The notes under the pieces were generated by a model, which was not told the origin of the DNA, did not search any database, and worked only from the letters and a program-made list of their open reading frames with translations. Shown here piece by piece: positions 12,513-23,923 of a stretch of 64,000 nt of DNA (positions are counted from its first letter, which is position 1; the number at the start of each line of letters is the position of its first letter). The translations under genes and the position numbers were made by a program. This DNA comes from Alloascoidea hylecoeti (taxonomy: Eukaryota), in contig BCKZ01000023.1 in the NCBI GenBank assembly GCA_001600815.1, positions 248,001-312,000 of the forward strand, read 5' to 3'.

Positions 12513-13853
12513 ATGAGTGATTCTAATTTCCTATCTCCAAACGAAGCTGCTTTAGCAGTTGTGGCTACAGCGAAAAAGAAAAGTCGACTTCCCATTCAAA
12601 CATTATTTCTAAACAGTATATTAGGAGGTATTTTTATATCGACATCTGGTATGCTGTTTGTAATGATTGAAGCTGGGTCACTGAGAACTGATACTTGGTT
12701 TTGGGCTCAAATATGTCAAGGCTCAATATATACCATCGGATTAACTTTTATCATTTTATTTGGTGTAGATTTATACAATTCAAATATTTTATTTTTCTCG
12801 GTGGGAATATTACGAAGGCAAGTAACTTTGATTGCGTTGATAAGATCTTGGGTTGTGTCATTTTTCGGGAATCTTGGTGGTTCTTTATTTTACGCCTATG
12901 TTATTGTTCATTTAGGTGGTTTAACTTCAACACCAGATTATATTGAGGCTTGTAAGAAAATTGCAGATAATAAAATTGTTGGTAGACAATTTCATCAAAG
13001 TCTTTTAAGAGGAATTGGTGGGAATTTTTTAGTTTCAATTGCTATTTATCTTGCAATTTTTTCAAAACCTTTTACTTCAAAAGTTTTAGGAATTTTTTTA
13101 CCAATTTTTACATTTGTTTCAAGTGGATTGGAACATGTTGTTGCTGATATGCTTTTAATACCTGTTGGATTATTTCATCATCCTAAAGCAACAGTAGCTG
13201 AATATATTTGGAGATCTATGATACCTGTAGCGATTGGTAATGCAATTGGAGGATTCTTTTTTGCTTTAATGGTTCCTTTTTATCTTCATTTATATGTTGT
13301 TGATAAAGATCGAGCAGAATCGAATTTACCTCTTTGGGAAACTAGAGATGAACAACCAGATTTACAAATGGATTCAAGAGTTGTTAGAGTTCCAACTAAA
13401 ATGCCAGGAGATTCACAATCAACTAGAATTATAACAAATAATTATACAAATGCTTCTTTACCAAGTTTATCACGATTACCTTCTCATAAAGATAGTATTA
13501 GTTACTACCAAAAAGATTCAAATGAAGATAGTAACGACTCCTCGGAATCTCCAAATAGAGATGGTTCCCCAGATGCAGACAGCTCATTAAATGTAGAGGA
13601 AGAACCGGTGCCTCTTAATCATGGAAATGATCAAGGGATTGTTAAACACAAATTGAATCGAACAAATACTACATCCACGTACGATCATGAGAACAAACCA
13701 TCTTTATTAACCAGAGCTATGAGTAGAATATCTACAAGAACAACACAAGATCTTCACAAGATTTCATCAATTTCATCTCAAGATCCAGATAGAATACAAC
13801 CAATGACAGAAAAAGATTATCTAAGGAGAATTCGGTCAGGTATGGATGATTAA
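12513..13853 (+). CDS. Formate/nitrite transporter family protein (YHL008C-like)
   Basis: DLYNSN, GNLGG, GIGGNFLV, GLEHVVADM, IGNAIGG FNT motifs; soluble C-terminal tail. Confidence 0.9.
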   Translation: MSDSNFLSPNEAALAVVATAKKKSRLPIQTLFLNSILGGIFISTSGMLFVMIEAGSLRTDTWFWAQICQGSIYTIGLTFIILFGVDLYNSNILFFSVGILRRQVTLIALIRSWVVSFFGNLGGSLFYAYVIVHLGGLTSTPDYIEACKKIADNKIVGRQFHQSLLRGIGGNFLVSIAIYLAIFSKPFTSKVLGIFLPIFTFVSSGLEHVVADMLLIPVGLFHHPKATVAEYIWRSMIPVAIGNAIGGFFFALMVPFYLHLYVVDKDRAESNLPLWETRDEQPDLQMDSRVVRVPTKMPGDSQSTRIITNNYTNASLPSLSRLPSHKDSISYYQKDSNEDSNDSSESPNRDGSPDADSSLNVEEEPVPLNHGNDQGIVKHKLNRTNTTSTYDHENKPSLLTRAMSRISTRTTQDLHKISSISSQDPDRIQPMTEKDYLRRIRSGMDD

Positions 13854-14313
13854 TTTCAAATAAATATCATAGAAACATACAACTTGTGATAAAATCATCC
13901 TAATCCTCTTTGAATTAAATTTATAATTTACTGGTTACCATGGCCATACATTCTTTATTTTTTATATCATGGAAAGTTGCATTTGACTTTATGGCCAAAA
14001 TTAATCAATTATGATGATTGTTTTTTTAAAAATCTCTTTTGTTTCTGTTATGTTAGAAGTTAGACGTTGTTATTTTATATTTTCAGGTATAGATGGTCAT
14101 ATTGGTTTTCCCTTTTTTAATTTATTTAACTACATTTATCCTTTATTCAATCCACATAGATTCATAATATAATGATTCAATAGTTTAACATATTAAAAAG
14201 GTATCTATTTTATACTATAAGGCTCTTTTCATTCTCTAATGATATGTTGATAAGCAGTCCAACTTGTGATTATAATATACAGTCGTTTCAGTAGTGGGGT
14301 GCAATCAATGGTG

Positions 14314-14882
14314 TTAAACCTTTTGTTTCTTCGCCGATTTTTCCTCTTCGTAGCCTTCACCTCTTCGCTTTGAATGTTTTTTCCTTATACTTAAACCAGA
14401 GTCTGAGGTTGGTGGCGTATCTATAAAGACCTGTTCATTATTTCTTAGTTCTTCCCTTTCAGCTTCTCTTGCCTTTTTCTGTAAGTGCTGGATAAAACAA
14501 AATAACATTGTAATTAGTACTTCAAACAATAACAATAACAATAACAATAATCATAAAATAAGGAACTTACCTTAATATAAGTAGCACTACTTAATGAAAA
14601 TATCCTATCTTCATTAGATAGATTATTCCTCCTTTTCATCGTATTATTTGCACTTGATCTTGTATAATTATCAAATCCTTTAACCATATTACCATTAAGG
14701 CTATCTTCAAGATATATCGTTTCTCTTTGAAATATTTCCTCTTCTATTGAAGCAAGTTTTTTATCCAACCCACGTTTTTGTTGAATTAATGACTTTAATT
14801 CTTTACATAGGTTGGTATATTTATCCATCTCAGTCTCTTGTGTTATATCTTTTGATTGTTGAACTACGGATGATGGTGACAT
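14314..14882 (-). CDS. EAF6: NuA4/NuA3 subunit Eaf6; exons 14882-14571, 14487-14314
   Basis: LASIEEEIFQRETIYL...GNMVKGFDNY...DRIFSLSS; intron 14570-14488 (GTAAGT..TACTAAT..CAG), in frame. Confidence 0.9.
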
Positions 14883-15213
14883 GTTGTTTTTCTATTTTTA
14901 GTGATTTTTGAGAAGGAAGCTTTTGTGTTGATAAATGGATTGTATGTGCATAAACGCCAACGCATACGTTACACTTATGCCATTTGATGAAAAAGCGAGT
15001 AATTTGAATGAAGAGACAAAAATGATGGAGATTTATCTTGATAAAATTATTCTTTATTATTACTATTATTGATCTCTATTGTTCGTTGGAACATTTTGAC
15101 ACGAATTTTCAGAAAATTCTGAAAATTCGTGGAGTTGTTTAAAAAATATTAGTGGTTTATTATTTATTACACACCTTCGAACTCTTACTTCAACTTTCCA
15201 TCACCAAAAATAA

Positions 15214-16532
15214 ATGCCTTCTCTACCAGGTTATCAAGCACCACACACAGGTAAATATCCCATACACAATTTCAATAATTAATCGAAACTAATTATATGT
15301 TATTTTTTGCAATAGATGAGGTGACTTCAATAGTAATTGAAAATGGCTCTTCATGGACGAGGGCCGGGTTTTCAGGTGATGACTTGCCAAAACATATATT
15401 TCCAACACATTATGGTAAAGATACCGATGGAAACTATTATATTGGTGAAGAAGATGTACAAGAACCAACTCCCGGGAAAGATATTTATAGTCCTATGCAA
15501 GATGGTCTTGTTACTGATTGGGACGCGATGGTTAAAATATGGGATTATACATATTCTGATAGATTATTAATTGAATCTTCAGATTTCCCACTTGTTACAA
15601 CTGAACAATTATGGAATACTCCACAAAATAGAGTTGCTGCTACTGAAGCTGCATTTGAATCATTTCGTGTTCCTGCTTTTTCTATATTGAAAAATCCTTT
15701 ATGTGCAGTTTATGGAACTGGGAAATCAACAGCTTTAGTTATTGATATTGGAAGTTCAGTTGCTAGTGTTACTCCTGTTGTTGAAGGTAATATTTTAACA
15801 AAGGGTGCAATGCATACACGATTTGCTGGAGATTTTGTGAATATTCATATATTAACCCAACTGAAAAGTAGAGGTATAAAAGTTACTCCAAGGTTCTTAG
15901 TTGATAGAAAAGGAGGTGCTGGATCAAGCCATGAAACTACATCATTGAAACATTATGATGGTATAACACAAAGTTTCCATATGTTTGAAACACAAAGAGT
16001 TTTGGATGAATTAAAAGAAACTACTAGTCAAGTTTCAGAAGGTCCAAATCCTGGATATTCTCAAAATCTTGTAAGACCATTTGAATTTCCTGATGGAATT
16101 GGAATGATGTTTGGAAATGAACGAATGACAACTACAGAACCATTATTTAATCCATTAAGGTTCCCACTTCCAAATGTAACATTAGGTGAAAATTCAATGG
16201 GTATCACTGATTTAATTTTAGGTGTTCTAAAGAAAACAGATGGATCAAATGATTTATATTCAAATCTTCTTCAATATATTTTAGTTACAGGAGGAACAAC
16301 TTTATTATCTGGATTTCCTGAAAGATTAGCTAATGATATGTTAAGAATTCTTGGTAATTTTAGACCAATGATTCATGCTACTCCAACTGCTATTGAACGT
16401 AAATGTACTGTTTGGACAGGTGCTAGTATTCTAGCAAGTTTGGGTAGTTTTGATCATGATTGGATTTCAAAGAAAGAGTATGAAGAATATGGACCAAATA
16501 TTGTGGAAGAGAGATTTAATTCCAAACAGTAA
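15214..16532 (+). CDS. ARP4: Nuclear actin-related protein, Arp4-like; exons 15214-15250, 15316-16532
   Basis: DEVTSIVIENGS..TRAGFSG, RPFEFPDG, W.GASILASLGSF...WISKKEYEE; intron GTAAAT..ACTAAT..TAG. Arp4 versus an Arp7/Arp42-type paralog is not resolved. Confidence 0.75.
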
Positions 16533-16834
16533 ATATATATTTTTGGATGTAATTTTAATAATAGCAACAACATATTTATATAATAATAAAAACCTTGATA
16601 AATTGCTAACTATAACTTCTAGATATGAGGCATCGTTAAAGCAAAACATTGAAAGTTTAGGGTATACTTTTTTTTCTGTCAAGGCTTCATCTTTCATATC
16701 TTAAACATTTAATAATCCAAATATAATATTTTTAGTTACTTAAGCGACATAAAGCTTAAGGATGTACGAACCAAAAATTCAGAAAAAAGGAACATCTTTT
16801 TAATTACTTATACCCCCATAACTAACCATTTATA

Positions 16835-19093
16835 ATGGCTACTCCTAATCATAATGTTTATCCCGGAGGTCCACCTTTACCTCCAAAAGTGCCTTTCTCT
16901 CCACAACTTAGACAGCAAAATACAGGTGATTCATATAGTTCCAACCAACAATATTTTCAGGCACCACAAGATTCCACTCAACAAACACCCCTGGGTCAAC
17001 CTCTAACACATCAACCCAACCTGAACAATGAAGAAAGGCAATGGAATAATAGAAATTCTGCAGGACAGCTCCGAGGGTCTCGCTCTGTGGCTGGTCTGAA
17101 TTCTTCATATACAAGTCAGAAACAACCTCTTCAGGGCTTTTCCCAAAGACAAGCTACGCAGCCTTTGGGCAAGCACCCTGGTCGTCGTCCACCACCTGGT
17201 ATGGGAAATCAATCTCAGCAACAAGTGCAGAATAATGAAGATCCTAACTATCATCAGTCTCCTCAAGGAAATCCTTCTGGCTATAACTCTCCAAGACTGA
17301 GTAGAGTGATTTCATATCCCGAACAACAAGCACAGCAGCTTCGTTCGCACACACAATTACGGACTCCTCCACTTCTGTCTAAAGGAGCACCACATCACCA
17401 ACAACAATACCAGCAGAGAGTCCCACCGCCGGCACAGCAGCAACCTCAACCTCAACCCCAGGGACAACCTCAATATCAACCTCAGGGACAACCTCAATAT
17501 CAGCCCCAGGGACAACCTCAAGGTCAAGGTCAGTTTCAATATAATCAACCACCACCACCTCAATATCAATCGCCTGTGAGATCTCAATCACCCCAAAGTT
17601 TTCGAAGTGTACCGCCTCGAACACAATATCCATCAGCTCCACCTCAAATTTTTTCAAACAAAGTCATAAATAATGGATCTCAAGAATCACTAGTTAGACC
17701 TCCAGTTCAAAAATCATCAACTTTCCCTATTAGTGAATCCATAAGTGATATTCAAAGCATTAATTCCTATCATTCACGTCCTTCAATTTCTTCAATACCT
17801 CCAGGCTCAGGGATTCATAATTCTAATCCTAGTGTAAGTTCAAGTGGTACTCATCGTTCTTACTCTACTGGTTCTGAATCTGGTTCAGCACATCCAATAC
17901 CACATCGTCAATACGTAGAAGATAGTAATATACAAAACATAGGTCCAGTCGATCCATCAAAACCACCATCTGAAAACCCAGAGCAACTTCAATATGTGGA
18001 ATTTGATAGACTACGATTATTGGCTCGAAATAACCCACATGATAATGATACTCAATTTAAATATGCAAAAGCATTAGTTGAAGCAATTCGTACATTAGCT
18101 GATAAAATTGATACAAATGGCCATTTAATAACTCATGGAACAATAGATTCAAAAGAAAAACGTAAAAATAGAGAACATTGGGCAACTCAATCGTTGAAAA
18201 TTTTAAGAAGATTATCAAATAGTCAACATCATGCACCAGCAATGTTTTTCCTTGGTACATTATATGGTACAGGAGTTTGGGGATTAGAAAAAGATTATGA
18301 AAAAGCTTATGAATTATATCAAAAAGCCGCAAAAATGGATTATGGACCTGCAATGTATAGAACTGCTGTTTGTAATGAAGTTGGTGCAGGTACAAGACGA
18401 GATAATTATAAAGCAATAACTTGGTTAAAAAAAGCTGCTGCTAAAGGAGAAGGAGCTGCCATGTATAAATTAGGAATGATTAATTTATATGGTTTGATGG
18501 GGTTGCCACGTTCTTTTGCAGAAGCTGTGCAATGGTTAAAAAGAGCTGCCCAAAGAGCTGATGCAGAAAATCCACATTCTTTACATGAAATTGGAAGATT
18601 ATATGAAAGTGCTGATACTATTAAGGAAAATCATAACTCTGATTCTTCCCAAATAATACCACATGATGATGCAAAAGCATTAGATTACTACTTACAAGCC
18701 GCAAAGTTAGGTTATTCTCCATCTCAATATAAACTTGGATGGTGTTATGAATATGGTGAATTAGGTTGTCCAATTGACCCCAAGAGAAGTATTGGATGGT
18801 ATTCAAGAGCTGCCGCCCAAGGTGAAGCCGAAAGTGCCATGGCTCTTAGTGGTTGGTATCTTACAGGAGCTGATGGAGTATTGACGCCAAGTGATACCGA
18901 AGCATATCTCTGGGCAAGAAAAGCTGCCGAAAAAGGATTAGCAAAAGCAGAATATGCTCTAGGGTATTTTTCAGAAGTGGGATTAGGAGTAAAAGCAGAT
19001 TTAGAAGAGGCTAAGCTATGGTATTATAAAGCAGCATCTCAAAAGCATCCTAAGGCAATTAAGAAGATTAAAGAACTTCGAAACCTTAAGTAG
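16835..19093 (+). CDS. SEL1-repeat chitin synthase activator family protein (Skt5/Chs4-like)
   Basis: P/Q-rich N-terminus followed by SEL1 repeats (AMYKLG, SQYKLGWCYEYGELGCP.DP..SI.WY, ALSGWYLTGA). Confidence 0.8.
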   Translation: MATPNHNVYPGGPPLPPKVPFSPQLRQQNTGDSYSSNQQYFQAPQDSTQQTPLGQPLTHQPNLNNEERQWNNRNSAGQLRGSRSVAGLNSSYTSQKQPLQGFSQRQATQPLGKHPGRRPPPGMGNQSQQQVQNNEDPNYHQSPQGNPSGYNSPRLSRVISYPEQQAQQLRSHTQLRTPPLLSKGAPHHQQQYQQRVPPPAQQQPQPQPQGQPQYQPQGQPQYQPQGQPQGQGQFQYNQPPPPQYQSPVRSQSPQSFRSVPPRTQYPSAPPQIFSNKVINNGSQESLVRPPVQKSSTFPISESISDIQSINSYHSRPSISSIPPGSGIHNSNPSVSSSGTHRSYSTGSESGSAHPIPHRQYVEDSNIQNIGPVDPSKPPSENPEQLQYVEFDRLRLLARNNPHDNDTQFKYAKALVEAIRTLADKIDTNGHLITHGTIDSKEKRKNREHWATQSLKILRRLSNSQHHAPAMFFLGTLYGTGVWGLEKDYEKAYELYQKAAKMDYGPAMYRTAVCNEVGAGTRRDNYKAITWLKKAAAKGEGAAMYKLGMINLYGLMGLPRSFAEAVQWLKRAAQRADAENPHSLHEIGRLYESADTIKENHNSDSSQIIPHDDAKALDYYLQAAKLGYSPSQYKLGWCYEYGELGCPIDPKRSIGWYSRAAAQGEAESAMALSGWYLTGADGVLTPSDTEAYLWARKAAEKGLAKAEYALGYFSEVGLGVKADLEEAKLWYYKAASQKHPKAIKKIKELRNLK

Positions 19094-19541
19094 GTATGTA
19101 TTTGATTTATATTTAAATTTTAAAAGGTCATATAATCTTTACCGTGAATATGATATTACAATTAATTGCACCATATGTTGCATCGAGAATGGCCCAATAT
19201 TTAGTTCACCCGGTACCGTGAATGAGATGAACATAGAATTAAAAACATTCACGTTCGCCTTCCAATTCCAAGGAACAAAGGAAGCAACAGGGTTGGGTTG
19301 AGGGTGTGCTGAGTAAGCACATGTCAGGTGCACGGGAGTGTGTGGGATGACGGAATTTCTTACGTAATGTCTGGAACCTTTCATGGAACCTTTTATGGAT
19401 TTTACATGCGACAAATTCCAACCAATCAATATTGTAAACAAAAACCTTGCCTTATTTAGTTTAGTAATTTTGCTCTTCTCCTTTTCGTGTCCGTCAATTG
19501 CAACTATTTGATTAATCTCTTCTATAAAACCAAATACAAAA

Positions 19542-20910
19542 ATGGCCCCCACTTTACGTCGTTCAACAAGAGTTGCTTCAAAACGTGCTGCTCCTGACTC
19601 CACTTCACAAAGCCCTCCACCCGCCAAAAAGGCTAAAGCTTCAAAAACAAAAAATACTGAAACTAAAATTAAAACCAAAACCGTTGCAGCCAAGGTTTCT
19701 AAATTATCTATCGATGGTGATATTCCAAATGTTATTCTTAAAGATGAAGACGGTGAAGATGTAGATTTGAAAAAGGTGGCTTCGGAAAATAAAGTAGTTG
19801 TTATCTTTGGTGAGTGCTCCTACCCCTTTAAGATATTATTCTTGTTCCATGATGTTGGCTTACTAACAATTTAAACAGCCTATCCTAGAGCAAGTACGCC
19901 TGGTTGTACCAAACAAGTTTGCGGCTTTAGAGATAATTATCCGCAATTTACTTCCAAAAAAGTAAAGGTTTTTGGACTGTAAGTATCATCATTTGAATTT
20001 AAACATCCCATTTTTTCATTCTATTTTCTTTGTAATCCCATTAACGTTGTGGAAAAATAAAAAACATTCAGCGGTTGAGTAACTGGAGCAACAACAAAGA
20101 AACTCCTTATTTTTCTTATCAAACAATTTCACAATGCTTATCGCATTAATTTTCTTGTCTCCTTCGTCAACAACATTTCTACTATCTTCTATATTATAAT
20201 GAATCCAACTAATCAATTTATTTATCATCAATAGTTCAGCAGATTCAGTTAAAGCCCAAAAGAATTTCCATACAAAACAACATTTGACCTATCAACTTTT
20301 ATCTGATCCAAATTTTGAACTTTTAGAACCATTAGGTGCTAAAAAGCAACCTCGTGGTGTAATTAGATCCCATTGGATTTTTGTTAATGGGAAATTAAAA
20401 ATTATTAAAAGTCCTGTTAGTCCTTTAGATAGCTTTACTGGTGCTTTGGACCAAATTAAAGAATTTGTTGATATTGATGATGAAACAAATGAAAAGGAGA
20501 AAGATGAGAAGGTTGGAGATGAAAATGGAAAAGTAGATGAAAAGAAAACTGAAGAGACCAAAGATGAAGAAAAAAAAGAAGAAACTAAAAAAGAAGAAGC
20601 TAATGGTGAAAAAGCTAATGGTGAAGAAGCTAAAAAAGAAGGAACTAATGGTGAAGAAGCTAAAGTAGATCTAGGCGGTGCTAATGACGAAGAAACCAAA
20701 AAAGAGGAAACCAATGGCGAAGAAGTTAAAGTAGATAGAACTAAAGCAGAAGAAAACACTGACAAAGAAGTCAAAGTTGATGACATCAAAAGTAACGAGG
20801 AATCTAAAATTGAAGAGCCAAAAGAAATCTCCATTGTTGAACCCGAACCTACTGTTGATAAAAAAGTTGCAACAGGAAACTTAATTGAACCAAAATCAAT
20901 TGAAGCATAA
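19542..20910 (+). CDS. DOT5: BCP/PrxQ peroxiredoxin with acidic C-terminal tail; exons 19542-19809, 19879-19978, 20235-20910
   Basis: Spliced [22 protein letters not shown]...[41 protein letters not shown] and GTAAGT/ACTAAT/TAG introns. Confidence 0.92.
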
Positions 20911-21329
20911 ATTAGTTTCTTGGAAATGGGTTAAAATAAATTTATAAAAAAGTATTTATTTGCTCTATAAGTATATATTATATTAAAAGTATTTAATTTG
21001 TATCTAATCAAAAATATTATTATATCAATAACTAAATAATGACATTATATTCTATCCTAGAACTTTCCAAAAATTATGTATAATTTACTAACTGGAAGCG
21101 AAGATAGAGAAACTACTTCACATTTATAAATACTGTGTGCCATGATCTAGGAGCAAACTAGTAGCCAATGTTAAACATTTCCAGCGTTATATAAGTCTAT
21201 TGATCGTGGAGTGTATAATTCAGAGTTTCTGTTTCCGTGTTGGAGACGTTTTTATGGATATTCTGGACGATATCAATTTTTGAGAAGGTTAAAAAAGACG
21301 TTTTGGAGGGGGAAAAAAAAATGGAGAGG

Positions 21330-21530
21330 TTATCCACTCCGAAGGGCCAAGACCAGAAGAAATGTCACATAAAATAGAGAATAATCGCAGAACCGGTTAA
21401 ACGGCGCAAATAAACAGCAAATTTTGGAGAGTAAAATTGAACTGTTTTGGAAATGATAGTGGTTGCCACTCCATGTCACATTCTATTGAAAGCTATTCAG
21501 AAGTGGTCATTTATGTTGTTCAAATGTACT
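21330..21530 (-). mobile_element. Possible Ty3/gypsy integrase relic
   Basis: Minus-strand HGVATTIISKTVQFYSPKFAVYLRRLTG then, frameshifted, GPSEW. This resembles the integrase core HG.P..IISD...F.SKF...L / DG.SER. Stops present. Confidence 0.3.
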
Positions 21531-21578
21531 ATCTGAGGTTAGGAAGTACCATTTAATAAATTAAATTAAAATTATTAA

Positions 21579-21998
21579 ATGAAAATGATGTTAGTAAAAG
21601 TTAAAGAAAATCATCATTACAAATATATGGATGTCGATTTATTCACAAATCAATATATATTAGAATATTTATCAATTCAATTAAATTTTAAAAATTATAA
21701 AAGAATATATATATAAATAATAAAGATGATATGATGACTTTAGTAAAGTTATACAAAGATTATTAGATTTTTCAACAATTGTGAAATAATTAAATTTGAA
21801 ATGTTAAATGAATTAATGAAATTTGATATTTTATTTAATTCAAGATCAATTTCACAACTATTGAAAAGTTCGTCTTCCGAGAATGCATATGGAAATAGTG
21901 AAGTATCACCCTTTGCATTTAATAATATATCAATAGGGACTTTAAAACTAAAACGATATTTATTGGACCATAAACAATTTGTTAAAAAAGAATTATAG
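21579..21998 (+). pseudogene. Nuclear relic of a killer-plasmid PaT-type immunity gene (pPac1-2 Orf4/ImmPaT-like), C-terminal half, frameshifted
   Basis: YMDVDLFTNQYILEYL..LNFKNYKRIYIN..MTLVKLYKD..RSISQLL..NAYGNSEVSPFAFNNISIGTLK is collinear with ImmPaT as recalled (YFDIDLFKQPYIIKFL..LRNEAKIFFN..STLNRLL..IYTNSRLSPLIFNPKSLSSLK). Extremely AT-rich; at least 2 frameshifts. Confidence 0.65.
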
Positions 21999-21999
21999 T

Positions 22000-22561
22000 T
22001 CATTTTTGATTCAACTGGGCCAGTATTGTTATTGGTATTAGAACCACTTGTATTTTCGTTAATGTTCTTTTAAATACATTTATTTTGGGTACTTGAAATT
22101 GTGGTTTAAACCCAATTTTAAATTCCACATCATAAGTTCCTGATAAGTAACATGTTTCAAAATTCGGGACTGAATCAGAAGTAAAGGAGGGTATTTCAAT
22201 GTTTAAAACTCTTTTATAAATGGTTTTATCAGTCTTAGGATCGTAATGAGCTTCCAATTCATTCCAATTGTGTATATCTTCCTTGTAACCAAGTTTGCAA
22301 TCACTAAAACCATCCAATTTGAAGGGAGGGGCCCTCCGAATCAAATTTCCCATGACCACCGACAATATCTTTTGTAACATCCCGGATCCTATATGCTAGA
22401 GGGTATTCCCTTAATTCCTTATATGTGTTTAAAGCTGAATCTGACATTCCTATAACAGTATTAACTTGTAAGTGTGGTTTCACTGATGTAATGAGTGGTG
22501 GGGATTCTGGTATTCCGTCAATTACTTTTGCATAAATGCAAGTAAGAGGTTTAGCAAGCAA
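22000..22561 (-). pseudogene. Frameshifted fragment of an arrestin-like (Bul1/ART C-terminal-like) gene
   Basis: Two overlapping frames; VPNFETCYLSGTYDVEFKIGF resembles the P.F.SC...R.Y motif of Bul1-type C-termini; no proper 5' end. Confidence 0.4.
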
Positions 22562-22574
22562 TAAGTTGCTTTAA

Positions 22575-22960
22575 ATATTATTTATTAGAAATAAGTAGAC
22601 TATATAAAGAGCAGCTAAATAAGTTGTCGAAAAATATTTAGAAATTTGAAGTTATTATTTTGTGTTTAGTATATATCTGTTATAATTAAAAGTAATTACA
22701 ACAGCACGTATATATTATTTGATATAATGCAACATATAAGTTATAGAAGGGTATATAGTGCATCAAAATTGCTATTGCTATATAGATTCAGACTATATAA
22801 AGAGTAGATATTCCCTTTTAATAAAACTTATTGATAGCTGGTTAACTACCAAATTGGTAATGAAAGATATTTTAGGAAATTGAAATTTATTATTTTGTGT
22901 ATTATTATTATTATGTACATGTAGTCTGTTATATTTTTAAAAGTAATTACATGTACAACA
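22575..22960 (+). mobile_element. Two diverged tandem solo-LTR-like remnants
   Basis: Shared blocks AGACTATATAAAGAG (22597, 22790), TTATTATTTTGTGT and TCTGTTATA..AAAAGTAATTACA; both copies end in ACAACA (22703, 22960). Confidence 0.5.
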
Positions 22961-23005
22961 GAATGTGGTGGTGGTGTCTCTAATTATAAAAGTACGCATA
23001 GACAC

Positions 23006-23144
23006 TGTCAGATAGAGATAGATAAAGTGTATTTTAGTTATCCTCACTTTTCTCGTGTATTCTTAAATATTAACGTTTGTCCCTGCGTTTTCGTACATTC
23101 TATATGACCTAATAATCAGACATATTATCACAATTTATCAGACA
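23006..23144. mobile_element. Short TG...CA element with imperfect terminal inverted repeats (possible solo LTR)
   Basis: TGTCAGATA ... TATCAGACA; no target-site duplication visible. Confidence 0.3.
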
Positions 23145-23485
23145 TAAGTTACTTAACATACTATCTTGATCTGATGGGATGTAAAAAATATAAGATAGTT
23201 ATTCATTGAAAATCAGCAATCACATTAGATGACGCATTATCTGACTCAGCATCACCTCATTTCAAATATAAGAGCAAACTAGATGACTGTATAAATATGT
23301 ATCATCGTATCAGTATTTTCAATTAAACTAACGACAGTATCAGAGAAGAAGTACAAGTTAGAAATATTTATTTATAAATTAGAATGCTAACAGAATCCTC
23401 ACCAAATAAAACAAAGTTTAGTTTATATTATCAACGATCAAAGTTTGAAAGTTATCAGCTGTTGCATCATTAAATTCAATAAATT

Positions 23486-23625
23486 TCCATTTCCCAGTTT
23501 CAATATCGTAGAGTATATATTGGATATATAGTTATATAATTAGATTACAAATTCACTACTATGGACTTTACCGCGGCTTATATCAATGCCCCAATCACGA
23601 TACCATTTTGCATACCCGACAAAAC
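23486..23625 (+). mobile_element. Ty1/copia reverse-transcriptase relic
   Basis: PFPSFNIVEYILDI*..LDYKFTTMDFTAAYINAPI matches the copia RT motif (Q)MD..TAYLNA.(L/I). Confidence 0.6.
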
Positions 23626-23644
23626 AAGAACAAATCGTTTACCT

Positions 23645-23923
23645 TCGATAGATTTTGGTGATGGGCCAAGAATATCAGCATAAAATTCCAAATCAGTTTC
23701 ATGTTTTTCTTGTTGATTTTATCAGATATTCCCAAGTTTTGAATGATTGGGGGGAACAATCAATTGTTAATTTTGGTAGCATTGATAATTCTACCGAATT
23801 GATTGTCTGTTTGTTTCCCGTGACAACGATCCTATTACCCTTACTTGTCTCTGGTACAGCGCCGCTACCATGTTGGCTTATGGGCTCATCTGTGGCGATG
23901 TTCTTGGATTGTTTTGGAGGCAT
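23645..23923 (-). mobile_element. LTR-retrotransposon gag N-terminus relic
   Basis: MPPKQ...LPKLTIDCSPQSFKTWEYLIK resembles the copia gag PKL...NY..W motif; continues after a frameshift (HETDLEFYADILGP). Confidence 0.45.

Noticed and set aside
19139..19693. 184-aa minus-strand ORF
   Set aside because: Overlaps DOT5 exon 1 and its promoter; no recognisable motif
20292..20834. 180-aa antisense ORF (also 57822-58181 and 58923-59366)
   Set aside because: Shadow frames of E/K/D/S-rich coding repeats on the opposite strand
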